NCBI GenBank assembly: GCA_964488585.1 | Contig: CAZAWQ010000095.1 | Coordinates: forward strand, 531-64,530 | Reading direction: 5' to 3' | From: an uncultured Roseivirgaceae bacterium | GTDB taxonomy: Bacteria > Bacteroidota > Bacteroidia > Cytophagales > Cyclobacteriaceae | Length of the DNA: 64,000 nt | Shown here: positions 1-10,573 of the stretch, piece by piece | Numbering within the stretch: the first letter of the stretch is position 1 | Layout: every line of letters starts with the position of its first letter | Made by a program: the position numbers and the translations under genes | Notes under the pieces: generated by a model | What the model was told of the DNA's origin: nothing | The model's input: the letters and a program-made list of their open reading frames with translations, nothing else | Database searches by the model: none

Positions 1-363
1 TCAGAGACTACAGTTAACACCCTTGAACAATTTAGATTGTATACACTGGTGCAATGTAAGCCCACGACGGGAAGAACACATCAGATAAGGGTGCATTTGT
101 CTGCATTGGGTGCCCCTATTGTCGGAGACCCTAGCTATGGTGGACATGAGCTTTTTTTGTCAAGCATAAAACGACACTATAATTTAAGAAAAGACACTGT
201 AGAACGTGCCCTCATAGCACGGCCAGCCCTTCACGCCCAAAGCCTTAGGTTTCAAATCTCGGAGAATAAGTCAGAAATATTTGAAGCAGAATATCCAAAA
301 GATATTAAAGTAACTCTGAAACAACTAGACAAATACAGAGCCTACAATCAAGGCTGGTGTTAA
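1..363 (+). CDS. RluA-family pseudouridine synthase, C-terminal part (5' end upstream of window)
   Basis: Frame 1 is open from base 1 and runs into the listed 37..363 ORF. It contains the [11 protein letters not shown] motif typical of RluA/RluD-type pseudouridine synthases. Confidence 0.8.
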   Translation, partial: SETTVNTLEQFRLYTLVQCKPTTGRTHQIRVHLSALGAPIVGDPSYGGHELFLSSIKRHYNLRKDTVERALIARPALHAQSLRFQISENKSEIFEAEYPKDIKVTLKQLDKYRAYNQGWC

Positions 364-562
364 GTTCAGTATACTGTGTCGTATAAGTCGCAGGTATTTT
401 TGTCCCAGGCGATGCAAAAAATATACGCATAGCCATAGTTACGCAAGTATTTTTTAAAGAAGTATGGGGCAAAAAGAACAAGACTTGGTTTGGCTAAAGT
501 ATGCTTAACTTAACACTGGAATATAGGAGGCTAAATCTGCTTGAAAACTAAAGAGGCCACTA

Positions 563-593
563 TTGCATTTCAAATAATAAGCGTCTATCTTTG
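563..593 (+). promoter_or_regulatory. Candidate Bacteroidota-type promoter for rplM-rpsI
   Basis: TTG at 563-565 and TATCTTTG at 586-593, with a 20-nt spacer, fit the -33 TTG / -7 TAnnTTTG consensus described for Bacteroidetes. The site lies about 40 nt upstream of the rplM GTG start. Confidence 0.4.
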
Positions 594-633
594 TGACCCT
601 TTTTGAAGGCATTTTAAAGTTAAATGATAAGCA

Positions 634-1077
634 GTGGACACTTTAAGTTATAAGACATTATCCGCGAACAAGGCGAATGTCGACAAACAATGGGTAGTAG
701 TAGATGCGGAGGGGCAGGTTTTGGGGCGTATGTGCAGTGAAGTTGCCAAACGCATTAGAGGAAAACATAAGCCTAATTTTACTCCACATGTAGATTGCGG
801 GGACAATGTGATTGTAATCAACTCTGACAAGATCAGATTAACTGGCAAAAAGTGGGATGATAAGGTTTATATAAGTCATTCAGGGTATCCTGGAGGGCAA
901 AAAACCACCACTCTTAAACAGCTAATGGCTAAATCCTCAACCAAGGTCATCGAGAAAGCCGTTAGGGGAATGTTGCCCAAGAATCGGCTGGGACGGGCCT
1001 TGTTTCACAATTTATATATATATGAGGGTGCTGAACATCCTCATGAGGCACAGCAACCAAAGACTATTAACTTATAA
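634..1077 (+). CDS. rplM: 50S ribosomal protein L13
   Basis: The 147-aa product (MDTLSYKT...WVVVDAEGQVLGR...GKHKPNFTPHVDCGDNVIVIN) is a typical L13 sequence. It has a GTG start and is followed by rpsI, as in most bacteria. Confidence 0.97.
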   Translation: MDTLSYKTLSANKANVDKQWVVVDAEGQVLGRMCSEVAKRIRGKHKPNFTPHVDCGDNVIVINSDKIRLTGKKWDDKVYISHSGYPGGQKTTTLKQLMAKSSTKVIEKAVRGMLPKNRLGRALFHNLYIYEGAEHPHEAQQPKTINL

Positions 1078-1085
1078 TTCAATAA

Positions 1086-1472
1086 ATGGAATTGATCAAC
1101 ACTATAGGTAGAAGAAAAACCTCCGTGGCCCGGATCTATGTAAAACCAGGGAAAGGACGGATCGAGGTAAATAACAGGGAGATGGCTCATTATTTCCCTT
1201 CGCCTATTTTACAAACCATTATCAAACAACCTCTGGTATCCACAGATGTCGACAATAAATACGACATCAAAGTAAATGTTCTAGGTGGTGGATCCACGGG
1301 TCAAGCAGAGGCCATTAGATTGGCCATCTCCAGGGCTTTGTGTAAAATAAATAGTGAATTCCGGCCGATCTTAAAACAGGAAGGTTTTCTCACCAGGGAC
1401 CCAAGAATGGTTGAAAGAAAGAAATACGGAAAAAGAAAAGCAAGAAGAGCTTTCCAATTCAGTAAACGATAG
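1086..1472 (+). CDS. rpsI: 30S ribosomal protein S9
   Basis: The 128-aa product has [11 protein letters not shown] near the N-terminus and a C-terminal [16 protein letters not shown], typical of S9. Confidence 0.97.
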   Translation: MELINTIGRRKTSVARIYVKPGKGRIEVNNREMAHYFPSPILQTIIKQPLVSTDVDNKYDIKVNVLGGGSTGQAEAIRLAISRALCKINSEFRPILKQEGFLTRDPRMVERKKYGKRKARRAFQFSKR

Positions 1473-1494
1473 ATAGCTCAAAACAAGTTTTTGA

Positions 1495-2298
1495 ATGGCA
1501 AAATTAGAATACAACGATCTTCTAGAGGCTGGTGTCCATTTTGGGCACTTAACCCGTAAATGGGACCCTCGTATGGCTCCCTTTATTTTCATGGAGCGCA
1601 ACGGAATCCATGTGATCGATTTAAATAAGACACTCACTTCTCTTAACGAGGCTTCAAAAGCGCTGAGTCAGATCGTAAGGACAGGACGTAAAATTCTCTT
1701 TGTAGCTACCAAGAAGCAAGCAAAAGAGATTGTGTCAGATGAAGCGAAAAGACTTAACATGCCTTATGTGACCGAGCGATGGTTGGGAGGTATGTTGACC
1801 AACTTTGCCACTATTCGGCGATCCCTGAAGAAGATGTCAGGTATGGAGAAGAAGATGAAAGAGGATAGCTTCAAGAATCTGGCAAAAAGAGAGCGGCTTA
1901 TGGTTGACCGCGAAAAAACCAAACTTCACAAAGTATTGGGAGGAATAGCTGACTTAACACGATTGCCAGCGGCTTTGTTCATTATAGATATCAAAAGAGA
2001 ACACATAGCTGTTAAAGAGGCCTTTAAGCTCAATATTCCAGTGTTCGCAATGGTTGATACCAACTCAAACCCGGAACTAGTAGATTTCCCTATTCCCGGC
2101 AATGACGATGCATTTAAATCTATTGCTATTATCACCAAAGCAGTTGGCGCTGCTGTTGAGCAAGGTTTGAACGAACGCTTAAAGGAGAAAGAAGCAGCCC
2201 GCCTAAAACAAGAAGAAGAGAATAAGAGAAAGCTCGATGAAAACAATGCCATTGAGCAAGCAGCCGCTGCCGAAAAAGTAAAAGAAGAGTCTAAATAG
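1495..2298 (+). CDS. rpsB: 30S ribosomal protein S2
   Basis: LLEAGVHFGH...RKWDPRM...ERNGIHVIDL is the canonical S2 N-terminus. The protein has a Lys/Glu-rich C-terminal tail. Confidence 0.97.
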   Translation: MAKLEYNDLLEAGVHFGHLTRKWDPRMAPFIFMERNGIHVIDLNKTLTSLNEASKALSQIVRTGRKILFVATKKQAKEIVSDEAKRLNMPYVTERWLGGMLTNFATIRRSLKKMSGMEKKMKEDSFKNLAKRERLMVDREKTKLHKVLGGIADLTRLPAALFIIDIKREHIAVKEAFKLNIPVFAMVDTNSNPELVDFPIPGNDDAFKSIAIITKAVGAAVEQGLNERLKEKEAARLKQEEENKRKLDENNAIEQAAAAEKVKEESK

Positions 2299-2311
2299 GA
2301 ATCATAAAATA

Positions 2312-3145
2312 ATGAGTATTACCGCCCAAGATATTAACAAGCTAAGGAAGATGACCGGTGCCGGTATGATGGATTGTAAAAAAGCGCTTACCGAAGCAAA
2401 TGGTGATTTTGAAGTTGCCATTGACCTGTTGAGAAAGAAAGGGCAAAAAGTATCTGCTTCACGTGCAGATCGTGAGACCTCTGAAGGCTCTGTTTTTGTA
2501 AAAACTGATGCGAATGGCCATGAAGGGGTTTTGATCGCCCTGAATTGTGAAACGGATTTTGTGGCAAAAACCGAAAATTTCCAAACTCTGGGTGTTGAAA
2601 TATTAGCTCAAGCAGTATCTCAAAACCCCGGCAGTATTGATGAGTTATTGGCCCTGTCCTCAGGAGACTTGACCATAGGTGAAAAAGTTATAGATCTAAT
2701 AGGCAAGATTGGTGAGAAAATCGAAATCAGCGCCTACGAAAGATTGGAGGCCGATAAAATAGTTGCCTATATACATGCAGGCAACAAACTAGGAGTGTTG
2801 GTTGCTCTGAACGGAAGCAATGGTTCTGATGTTGACATTGCAGGAAGAGATGTTGCCATGCAGATTGCTGCCATGAACCCGGTAGCTGTCGACAAGGATC
2901 AGGTAGACACTACGGTGGTAGAAAGAGAGATGGCTATTGGCAGGGAGCAAGCCATTGCCGAAGGCAAGCCTGAAAATATCATTGACAAGATTGTCTCTGG
3001 TAAACTGAACAAATTTTATAAGGAGAATACTTTGTTGAATCAGACGTTTGTCAAAGACAATTCTCTGACAGTTTCCAGGTATCTCGAAACGGTGAAGCAA
3101 GGATTGACGGTTAAAGATTTCCGCCGGGTATCAATTAGTGGCTAG
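2312..3145 (+). CDS. tsf: Translation elongation factor Ts
   Basis: LRKMTGAGMMDCKKAL marks the UBA-like N-terminus of EF-Ts. The gene sits directly downstream of rpsB. Confidence 0.97.
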   Translation: MSITAQDINKLRKMTGAGMMDCKKALTEANGDFEVAIDLLRKKGQKVSASRADRETSEGSVFVKTDANGHEGVLIALNCETDFVAKTENFQTLGVEILAQAVSQNPGSIDELLALSSGDLTIGEKVIDLIGKIGEKIEISAYERLEADKIVAYIHAGNKLGVLVALNGSNGSDVDIAGRDVAMQIAAMNPVAVDKDQVDTTVVEREMAIGREQAIAEGKPENIIDKIVSGKLNKFYKENTLLNQTFVKDNSLTVSRYLETVKQGLTVKDFRRVSISG

Positions 3146-3149
3146 GAAT

Positions 3150-4529
3150 CTAATTCCCATACTTTTCAGCGATTGCTGCCAGTCTTTGTTCAATATGGTC
3201 CTGAGACATCCACCTGCCACGGATCATTATTCCTGACCTTTTCCCCAAATTCGAAATGTCAGTAAGCGGATTTCCGTCCACCAACAGCAGGTCAGCCTGA
3301 TATCCTTCCTTTATCAACCCCCGATCATTTTCTCTCCCAAAGTATTTGGCAGGGTTTACAGTTCCCGTCAACAACGCCTCATAAGGAGTCAATCCGGCGG
3401 CTACATACATTTCAATTTCATGCTGAATAGAAAACCCGGGTACATTAAATACCTGTGGAGCATCTGACCCCAGTAAAACACCAACACCGCTATCATACAT
3501 TGCTTTGATAATCCGCCTTCGGAGCTCAACGAAACGTCGGGCCCTGTTTGGGTCATAGGCAGCATTCGCCTGCATCTGTTTCTTGCTTTCTTCCCACCGT
3601 CCCAGGGTTTCCTTTGACATGTATGCCATTTCCTTATCGGCCAACAGAACCAAGGTTGACGAGGGACCTGCCCACCTTTCTGCCAGGCACTGCGTAGGCA
3701 CCACCCAAACATGGTGGTCAATGGTAGTCTGAATGAGGGCAGGCAATAGCGCTTCATCTACCAGATCTGTAAAGTTTATCCCAAAAAATCCATTTTCTTC
3801 AGGGTCAACTCCTTTTTCAGGGGGGACCAAGCCCTCCACATAACCATCAATGTGATCAATGCTGGCATAGTCCGAGTCTAGTGCATGGCGAACCCCAACA
3901 TCTCTTGAAACATGTCCAGCATAGGGGATTCCAACCTCCTTGGCGGTAATCACTATTACATCAAACACTTCCCTTTTTAATCCCGGATGTAACTTTAAGA
4001 AATCATAACCAGCTTCTTTGTGTTCTCTTACCATTTGGGCTGCAGTTTCAGTATCTGGCGCAGTGTTGCCATTAATTGATGGTCCTGAAGTATAGATATG
4101 GGGTCCCAATATCGAACCCTCGGCTACCTGGGTTCGTAACTCCAGATGTCTTGGATGTCCCAGCATTCCCCGAATGGTAGTTACTCCAGCGGCAAGATAT
4201 AAAAACAAGGTTTCCTGGATGAGCTCCTCACTCTGTTGGGGGATGTGGGCATGCATCTCGGCCAATCCAGGAATTAAATATTTGCCACTGCCATCTATCA
4301 GCTGTGCTCCTTCAGGATACTTTCCTTCCGGAGAAATATTGGAAATTATATCATTCTCAATGACTACAGTTTGTCTCATCAATGGCGTTTCACTCTCCAT
4401 TGTGATTACGTTCACATTAGTAAATACTACTACCTCCCCTATTGGATCAAGATTAGTTTCCTGGGCTGAAGGACCAGATTGACAGCCTGTGAAAAATATT
4501 GTCACCATGACTAATAAATGGAATCTCAT
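3150..4529 (-). CDS. Secreted/lipoprotein amidohydrolase-family metallohydrolase
   Basis: Signal peptide with a lipobox-like FFTGC. An EMHAHIP (HxH) metal-binding motif and a C-terminal GSDAP...ADLLLVDGNP pattern are typical of the amidohydrolase superfamily. Confidence 0.8.
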   Translation of the reverse strand: MRFHLLVMVTIFFTGCQSGPSAQETNLDPIGEVVVFTNVNVITMESETPLMRQTVVIENDIISNISPEGKYPEGAQLIDGSGKYLIPGLAEMHAHIPQQSEELIQETLFLYLAAGVTTIRGMLGHPRHLELRTQVAEGSILGPHIYTSGPSINGNTAPDTETAAQMVREHKEAGYDFLKLHPGLKREVFDVIVITAKEVGIPYAGHVSRDVGVRHALDSDYASIDHIDGYVEGLVPPEKGVDPEENGFFGINFTDLVDEALLPALIQTTIDHHVWVVPTQCLAERWAGPSSTLVLLADKEMAYMSKETLGRWEESKKQMQANAAYDPNRARRFVELRRRIIKAMYDSGVGVLLGSDAPQVFNVPGFSIQHEIEMYVAAGLTPYEALLTGTVNPAKYFGRENDRGLIKEGYQADLLLVDGNPLTDISNLGKRSGIMIRGRWMSQDHIEQRLAAIAEKYGN

Positions 4530-4652
4530 GACCAGGGAGTTATTTTAAATGAATAAATAATATAACGAAACTCAATTTAAACTAAAATCCTGCAGCAAAA
4601 TAATTTGGCCTATAAAGGATAATGCGTAATATGGACCTAAATATTCATTCTT

Positions 4653-5009
4653 ATGAAAAAGATTGGTGCGATATTTTGGACCCTACTTTTCACATTGTTT
4701 GCTGTTTTCCAATTCAATGATCCGGATGCTATGATTTGGATATTAATCTATGGAGCCGCAGCCTTATTGTCAATTTTGGTATACCTTGAAAAGGTTCGCC
4801 GACCAGTACTATGGATAGCATTAATAGCTTTCTTAGCTGGGGCTGGAATGCATTGGCCTGATACTTTCGAAGGTATATTACTGAAGGAAGATGGTAGCTA
4901 TACACCGGCGATTGAGGAAGCCCGTGAATCTCTCGGATTGCTTATTGGCGGATTAGCCATGGGATGGCATTTATTGGCTAACAAGGTCAAGCAGACTGCT
5001 GATTCGTAA
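4653..5009 (+). CDS. Small polytopic membrane protein (TMEM220-like)
   Basis: 118 aa with 3-4 hydrophobic helices. The FQFNDPDAMIWILIYG motif resembles the transmembrane-220 family. Its 3' end overlaps the convergent eboF-like gene by 23 nt. Confidence 0.55.
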   Translation: MKKIGAIFWTLLFTLFAVFQFNDPDAMIWILIYGAAALLSILVYLEKVRRPVLWIALIAFLAGAGMHWPDTFEGILLKEDGSYTPAIEEARESLGLLIGGLAMGWHLLANKVKQTADS

Positions 5010-6366
5010 GTTGATTCCAAATTACCTGGTATACTCCGGCAGCGTTCAGGGTGGCACCAGGAGACAAACCACTGGAAAATAATACCGGCCAGTCAACTGG
5101 GTCTTGTGGCACAATCCCATGTGACCCTTTGATCAAAGAAGGGTCCAGCGGTATGATATCCATCAGCACCCTGAATCCTAGTTTTTTCTTCAAAAGCTTC
5201 CATCCTACTTTAGCCATTAGCCATTTTATTTGTGGGTCGGCAAACATTTCTACGGGATCGTAACCCGGCTTCCGGTGTATGTCCACAGTGCGGGCAAAAT
5301 CCGGGGCCTTGGCGTCATCAAGCCAGTAGTAATACGTAAACCAACTGTCCGGTCGGGCCAAAACCATCAGATCGCCACTCCGGTGATGGTCCATTTGATT
5401 AATGCTCTTTTCCTCAGCTCCCCATACATCGGCTACTCCTTCTATTCTCTCTAAAGTAGATCTGACAGAAGAAATGTCTTGAGAATTCTTAATATAAACA
5501 TGAGCAACCTGATGATCAGCCACCGCAAAGGCCTTGCTGGCACCGGCATCCAGCAACTCCAGTCCACGTTCTTCTCGCACCTGTAGCCAACCGTTTTCCC
5601 TCAACACCCTATTTAAAGATATTGGATTGGATACTTCGGTAATGCCGTATTCTGAAAGCAAAACTACTCGTACACCTCGACCCTCATAGAAGACCACCAG
5701 TTTTTCAATTAGTTGGTCTATCTCTTTCAAGTCTGAGCCAATCTTGTCTGGATCATGTCCAAACTTTTGCAAGCAATAATCCAGATGAGGAAGATACACC
5801 AAAGAAAGTGTAGGTTGATGCTCTTCTTCAATGTTTATGGCCGCATTGGCAATCCACTTACTGGCCCGGATGGTAGTTTTTGGACCCCAAAAATCGAACA
5901 GGGGGAACTGACCAAAGCGCTGTTGCAGATGGTCACGTAGCTTCGGGGGATTGCTGTATACGTCAGGGATCTTCCGGCCATCTGCCAAGTAGTTAGGCCG
6001 TGGAGTAACCGAATAGTCAGTACTGGAATACATATTGTACCACCAAAATAGGTTGGCACAGGTAAAATCCGGGTCCAATTCCCGGGCGGCTTCCCAGATC
6101 TTAGGCGCTTCCACCAATTTATTTGATTGTCGCCAAAACTTTATCTCACATTCGTCTTTAAAGTACCACCCATTTCCAACTATTCCGTGTGTTCTGGGTT
6201 GTTGACCGGTAAGGAAAGTAGTCTGCATGGAACAGGTAACGGCCGGTACCAGGGGCTTGATATGATTTTTAGGCACTTGCTGTGACCACTTTTGAAGAAA
6301 AGGCGTGTGAGCTCCAATTACCCGGTCACTAAGACCCACTACATCAATGACAACTGTCCTTTGCAT
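4987..6366 (-). CDS. eboF: Alkaline phosphatase / nucleotide pyrophosphatase superfamily protein (EboF-like)
   Basis: 459 aa. The N-terminal VVIDVVGLS...TFLTGQQP..HGIVGNGW pattern is typical of type I phosphodiesterase/nucleotide pyrophosphatase. It is the last gene of the six-gene cluster. Confidence 0.8.
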   Translation of the reverse strand: MQRTVVIDVVGLSDRVIGAHTPFLQKWSQQVPKNHIKPLVPAVTCSMQTTFLTGQQPRTHGIVGNGWYFKDECEIKFWRQSNKLVEAPKIWEAARELDPDFTCANLFWWYNMYSSTDYSVTPRPNYLADGRKIPDVYSNPPKLRDHLQQRFGQFPLFDFWGPKTTIRASKWIANAAINIEEEHQPTLSLVYLPHLDYCLQKFGHDPDKIGSDLKEIDQLIEKLVVFYEGRGVRVVLLSEYGITEVSNPISLNRVLRENGWLQVREERGLELLDAGASKAFAVADHQVAHVYIKNSQDISSVRSTLERIEGVADVWGAEEKSINQMDHHRSGDLMVLARPDSWFTYYYWLDDAKAPDFARTVDIHRKPGYDPVEMFADPQIKWLMAKVGWKLLKKKLGFRVLMDIIPLDPSLIKGSHGIVPQDPVDWPVLFSSGLSPGATLNAAGVYQVIWNQLTNQQSA

Positions 6367-6371
6367 AACGA

Positions 6372-7577
6372 CTATTTCAGTTGCTCAATTACCCAAATCA
6401 ATTCCCTGGTGATGGATGTATTGATTTCAATTTGCAATTCTTCAGGAAGCACCTCCCAGGTGTAGGTTTCTACCTCCAAGTGACTGGTCATAGGTGAGTT
6501 GCTCCATAGTTGCAGCACTTCCCTTATATCAGCTTGTGTTGATTGCAGCAAGCCATAGGACTCAATAAATACCGGCACATGAAAATGTGTACGCCATTCA
6601 GCCGTTTCCGGGCGGTTAATGTACTCCAATGCCTGAGGCAGATCAGGATATTGATGTAAATTATTTCCAGAATCACGGGCTACCACCTGATGTAAATAAG
6701 TCGGTTCATCGAGTGACTCAAATATCTTTGAATAAACTTGCCGTGATTGCCGATGGTCGGTAAAATCACATTTAAGCGCTGAACTGATCTGGATTTTGCC
6801 TATGCCAATTCCTGCTTCCAAAAAACGGGACATTGCTTCAGCTGGTGACTCATAGGCCACAGCAAAATGACAAACATCATAGCAGACCGTTACATGTCTT
6901 CTTATGATCTCCTCTGCTTCATCCTTGGTAATTTCGAATTGTCCAATAAGGTATTTTTTACCTAACGGTATTAGCCAGTCATCAAAATACCGGATTGTTT
7001 CCAGTGAGTTTTCAATGAGTCCATCAGGCTCTGGTTCTATATCTAAATGAAGCGTAATGCCCTGATCCTGACGATAGCGATGTAACTGTACTACAATTTT
7101 TAATAAATTTTTAGTAGCAGCCCTGAAAACCTCATCATATTGCTCCCCTTTCCACCAGGGTTTGTAAGAGAGTGGGGAAGTACTAATACCACCATCCATA
7201 CCTTCTGGGAGCATTTGAGCTAAAAGATCAAACAACCTATTGGTGTATTTCACTCGTTCATCGGTAGTCCAGTCTGGTTGGTGTACCTGATCCTTAACAA
7301 GTTTTCTATGAAATCCGCCGTATGGGAAACCATTCATGGTGAACAGGTAGAACCCGTGCTCCTGCATCCACTCCAAAAAAGGACCGATTCCCAGCTGTGT
7401 AAGCTCAATGCTTGCCTGGTTGGACAGCCGCAAACCAATACCCATATCACCATCTTGTGACACCAGTTGCTTTACCACTGGCAAATGGGCTTGAAGTGAT
7501 GTGAACACCTCTACCCAAGTCTCGCCTGGATGTATGTTTGTACAGTAGGTTAAATGACCATTTAAAGGCAATCTCAT
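6372..7577 (-). CDS. eboE: Xylose-isomerase-like TIM-barrel protein (EboE-like)
   Basis: 401 aa, consistent with the sugar-phosphate isomerase/epimerase-like TIM-barrel family. Its ATG overlaps the stop of the upstream gene in an ATGA at 7574-7577, which suggests translational coupling. Confidence 0.8.
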   Translation of the reverse strand: MRLPLNGHLTYCTNIHPGETWVEVFTSLQAHLPVVKQLVSQDGDMGIGLRLSNQASIELTQLGIGPFLEWMQEHGFYLFTMNGFPYGGFHRKLVKDQVHQPDWTTDERVKYTNRLFDLLAQMLPEGMDGGISTSPLSYKPWWKGEQYDEVFRAATKNLLKIVVQLHRYRQDQGITLHLDIEPEPDGLIENSLETIRYFDDWLIPLGKKYLIGQFEITKDEAEEIIRRHVTVCYDVCHFAVAYESPAEAMSRFLEAGIGIGKIQISSALKCDFTDHRQSRQVYSKIFESLDEPTYLHQVVARDSGNNLHQYPDLPQALEYINRPETAEWRTHFHVPVFIESYGLLQSTQADIREVLQLWSNSPMTSHLEVETYTWEVLPEELQIEINTSITRELIWVIEQLK

Positions 7578-8725
7578 AAATCAAGGACGTTATTATTTTG
7601 ATAGTCCTCCAATAATTTAATGCTTTTCAATACCAGTTCTGAATCCATACGATGGACCTCTATACCAGTGCCAATGCTTTCCAATAGCGTAATAGTCAAT
7701 TGACCTCCCAAGTGTTCCTGAAAATCTCGAAGGCCTTGTAATAGTTCAGGATTGCTCAATCCAGGGTGATACAGGTCAAATCCCAGAAATTTCATCAAGT
7801 CAAGGAGCCGCTTGAGATCAGGCTTTGACAGTTTATTCTCCAGGCATGAGTATACAGAATCAAGGGCCATTCCCACCGCTACGGCCTCTCCGTGCCTGAT
7901 CTCATAGCCAGTCAGCTGTTCTAATTTATGAGCGGACCAGTGGCCGAAATCCAACGGCCTTGATGACCCCATTTCGAAAGGGTCACCGGAGGCAATGTGT
8001 TGCAAATGTAGATCAGCGCATCTATAGATTAAATGCTCCATCACCTTCATATCACGGTGTTTCAGTTTTTCGGCATTATCTTCAATAAACTTAAAATAAG
8101 CAGCGTCTTTTATCAAACCTACCTTGATACCTTCAGCTATACCTGATCTCCAGTCCCTGATGTCCAGGGTATGTAGGAATTCTTTGTCGTTTATAACCGC
8201 CACCGGCGGCGCAAAACTGCCAATGAAGTTCTTTTTACCAAAGGCATTCACCCCATTCTTAACTCCCACACCGGAGTCGTTCTGTGAAAGCACGGTGGTT
8301 GGAATCCTGATTAGCCGGATACCCCGATGACTGATAGCGGCAGCAAAACCCACCGCGTCAAGCACCGAACCACCTCCAATAGCGGCTACGTAGGAGTGCC
8401 GGTCAATTCCCAGATCGTTTATAGTCTGTATCAGCATCTCCACCAGCCTGTAGTCATTTTTACATTGCTCGCCACCTGGTATGACCATCGGAGTTTGCAC
8501 GCAAACGATCTGGTCGGAATGTTGGGTGGTGTATTGCCGTATATTTGGTAGCAGTTGTGGATGATGATCAATTACTCCCTGATCAACCACAAATAGTACT
8601 TTTTTGGGTCCATTTCCAGCATCCAGTACTTTGAGCAGAGAATTATTGTCTGTATTGAAAAGACTCTGGGTAAACAGTACATCATACTGATATGAGACAG
8701 TAAAAGATTGTTTCAAAGATTTCAT
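7574..8725 (-). CDS. eboD: 3-dehydroquinate synthase / sugar-phosphate cyclase family protein (EboD-like)
   Basis: AIGGGSVLDAVGFAA (nucleotide-binding Gly motif) and RHGEAVAVGMA (metal-binding His) are typical of the DHQS-like superfamily. Confidence 0.85.
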   Translation of the reverse strand: MKSLKQSFTVSYQYDVLFTQSLFNTDNNSLLKVLDAGNGPKKVLFVVDQGVIDHHPQLLPNIRQYTTQHSDQIVCVQTPMVIPGGEQCKNDYRLVEMLIQTINDLGIDRHSYVAAIGGGSVLDAVGFAAAISHRGIRLIRIPTTVLSQNDSGVGVKNGVNAFGKKNFIGSFAPPVAVINDKEFLHTLDIRDWRSGIAEGIKVGLIKDAAYFKFIEDNAEKLKHRDMKVMEHLIYRCADLHLQHIASGDPFEMGSSRPLDFGHWSAHKLEQLTGYEIRHGEAVAVGMALDSVYSCLENKLSKPDLKRLLDLMKFLGFDLYHPGLSNPELLQGLRDFQEHLGGQLTITLLESIGTGIEVHRMDSELVLKSIKLLEDYQNNNVLDL

Positions 8726-8733
8726 GAATACAC

Positions 8734-9657
8734 TTAGGTAACCGCAAACACTCTTGCCAATAATATGGAAAAAGGAAGCAATATTAATAACATTAAGCCG
8801 AAAAACCAGCCAGCAAATCCGGAAGCAACAGCAGCATTTAAAATTATCAGTCCCAAAACGCCGTTTTTTACCGCCAATCCGATTTTAAAAGGGTCATTGC
8901 TGCTTCTTGCCCTGAACAAAGGTGGCAACACTGCCAAAAGAAGGAATGCCAAATAAATTAAACTGTTCAATACTTCAAACTGTTTTAAAACGGCTAGCGA
9001 AAGTACCATTACCGTAGTTAGCAAGTACATTATCATCGCCAGATTAAAAGATGTTCTGCTACTTCCGTGTACTTCGCCCCGACTGACCAGCGTTATTGCT
9101 GAAATATAGATAATTGGGATGATTACCAAGAAGCCCAGAGGAACCACCTGCTGAGGATAAATACTTATGCCCAGCAATAAATTGCCTCCCCGGCATAATC
9201 CCATATTCAGTGGACCGAAAAAATCATTTCTCTTAGTAATGATATTGTAAGAGAGCACCAATGCACTCACACCCAGGGCAATCCAACCGCTGGTTAGGGT
9301 GGACAGAAAAGCCAATGTAACCCCTAGTAATAGCAGAGTGCCACCCATAACGCAAGCTCTTAAGCGAGATACCAGTCCTGAAGGAATGGGGCGTTCTGGC
9401 CGCTCCAATTGATCCAAGGCGGCATCAAAAAAATCATTAAGGACCACCCCTCCAGCATATAAACACATGCTCGCTACCCCGATCAACCCCAGTTTGTCCC
9501 ACGGCAAATCATGCCGGAAGAATCCAAAAATATCATTACCAACGGTATGTTGAAAAGCGAAAGATGCCGCAAAACCTGCCAGTATATCAGCCAGAGCAGT
9601 GAGTAGATTGGGTAGCCGCATTAGCGTAAGATATGCCCTGAATTTACTCATATCCAA
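8734..9657 (-). CDS. eboC: UbiA-family polytopic prenyltransferase (EboC-like)
   Basis: 307 aa with about 8-9 TM helices and the Asp-rich NDFFDAALD motif followed by RPIPSG, characteristic of UbiA prenyltransferases. Confidence 0.85.
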   Translation of the reverse strand: MDMSKFRAYLTLMRLPNLLTALADILAGFAASFAFQHTVGNDIFGFFRHDLPWDKLGLIGVASMCLYAGGVVLNDFFDAALDQLERPERPIPSGLVSRLRACVMGGTLLLLGVTLAFLSTLTSGWIALGVSALVLSYNIITKRNDFFGPLNMGLCRGGNLLLGISIYPQQVVPLGFLVIIPIIYISAITLVSRGEVHGSSRTSFNLAMIMYLLTTVMVLSLAVLKQFEVLNSLIYLAFLLLAVLPPLFRARSSNDPFKIGLAVKNGVLGLIILNAAVASGFAGWFFGLMLLILLPFSILLARVFAVT

Positions 9658-9662
9658 TGAGG

Positions 9663-10553
9663 CTATCTTATGATGTCGGATGCGGCGTCAGGTCGTTGTC
9701 CCCTCAGCACAGAATTTCCTTCAAAAAGCTGAGTTTGGTCCACTGACTCATCAGACCAGTCACTTTCATTCATTTGACCGCTTTGTCCATAGGCGGTAAG
9801 CGCATTCTGGTAGCATGTGAGCCTAATGTCTTCTTCCTTTATTCCACTTTTTGCCATAAGTCCTGCGGTTTTAGGTACCGCCAATGGATCGCTGATTCCC
9901 CAGTCAGCAGAGCTGTCAACAATGATCCTTTCACTTCCAAACTTTTGAACTACTGCCACCATTCGCTTATTGCCCATTTTAGTAAATGGATAAATAGTAA
10001 ATGCACACCAATACCCCCGGTCAAGTACTTCCCTTAAGGTCTCTTCATTGTTGTGATCTATGATCACTAACCCAGGGTCAATGCCATGTTCTTGTATCAC
10101 GTCCATGCTTCTAGTTGTTCCCCGTTTCTTATCTCTGTGTGGCGTGTGCACCTGCACCGGAAGATTTAACTCTTTCGCCAGTTCAAGTTGTTGTCTAAAA
10201 TATTTTTCTTCAATGTCAGTTTGATCATCAAACCCGATTTCACCTATACCCACTACACCCTCTTTACAAGCAAATAAGGGTAGAAGCTCCATTACTTCCT
10301 CAGCCAGGGCCTCGTTGTTGGCCTCCTTGGAATTGAGTCCAATGGTACAGTAATGCTTAATGCCAAACTGGCTGGCTCTAAATCTTTCCCAGCCCACCAG
10401 GCTACTAAAGTAATCCTTGAAAGAACCAGCGGAAGTACGTGGCTGACCAAGCCAAAACGCCGGCTCAATAATGGCGACAATCCCTGCTTCCTGCATACCC
10501 TGGTAATCGTCAGTGGTGCGTGAGGTCATATGTATATGTGGATCTATAAACAT
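9663..10553 (-). CDS. eboB: TatD-family metal-dependent hydrolase (EboB-like)
   Basis: Begins MFIDPHIHM (HxH). Internal VQVHTPH and IIDH motifs are typical of the TatD/amidohydrolase fold. Confidence 0.85.
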   Translation of the reverse strand: MFIDPHIHMTSRTTDDYQGMQEAGIVAIIEPAFWLGQPRTSAGSFKDYFSSLVGWERFRASQFGIKHYCTIGLNSKEANNEALAEEVMELLPLFACKEGVVGIGEIGFDDQTDIEEKYFRQQLELAKELNLPVQVHTPHRDKKRGTTRSMDVIQEHGIDPGLVIIDHNNEETLREVLDRGYWCAFTIYPFTKMGNKRMVAVVQKFGSERIIVDSSADWGISDPLAVPKTAGLMAKSGIKEEDIRLTCYQNALTAYGQSGQMNESDWSDESVDQTQLFEGNSVLRGQRPDAASDIIR

Positions 10554-10573
10554 GTCTATTATCTTAATTTTGT

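Noticed and set aside
363-633. 270-nt region upstream of rplM, examined for an r-protein leader or sRNA and for a 43-codon minus-strand ORF (MAMRIFFASPG...).
   Set aside because: I could not support any convincing conserved structure by eye, and the small ORF runs into the rluA-like gene 3' end with no motif. I retained only the promoter-like TTG/TATCTTTG pair.
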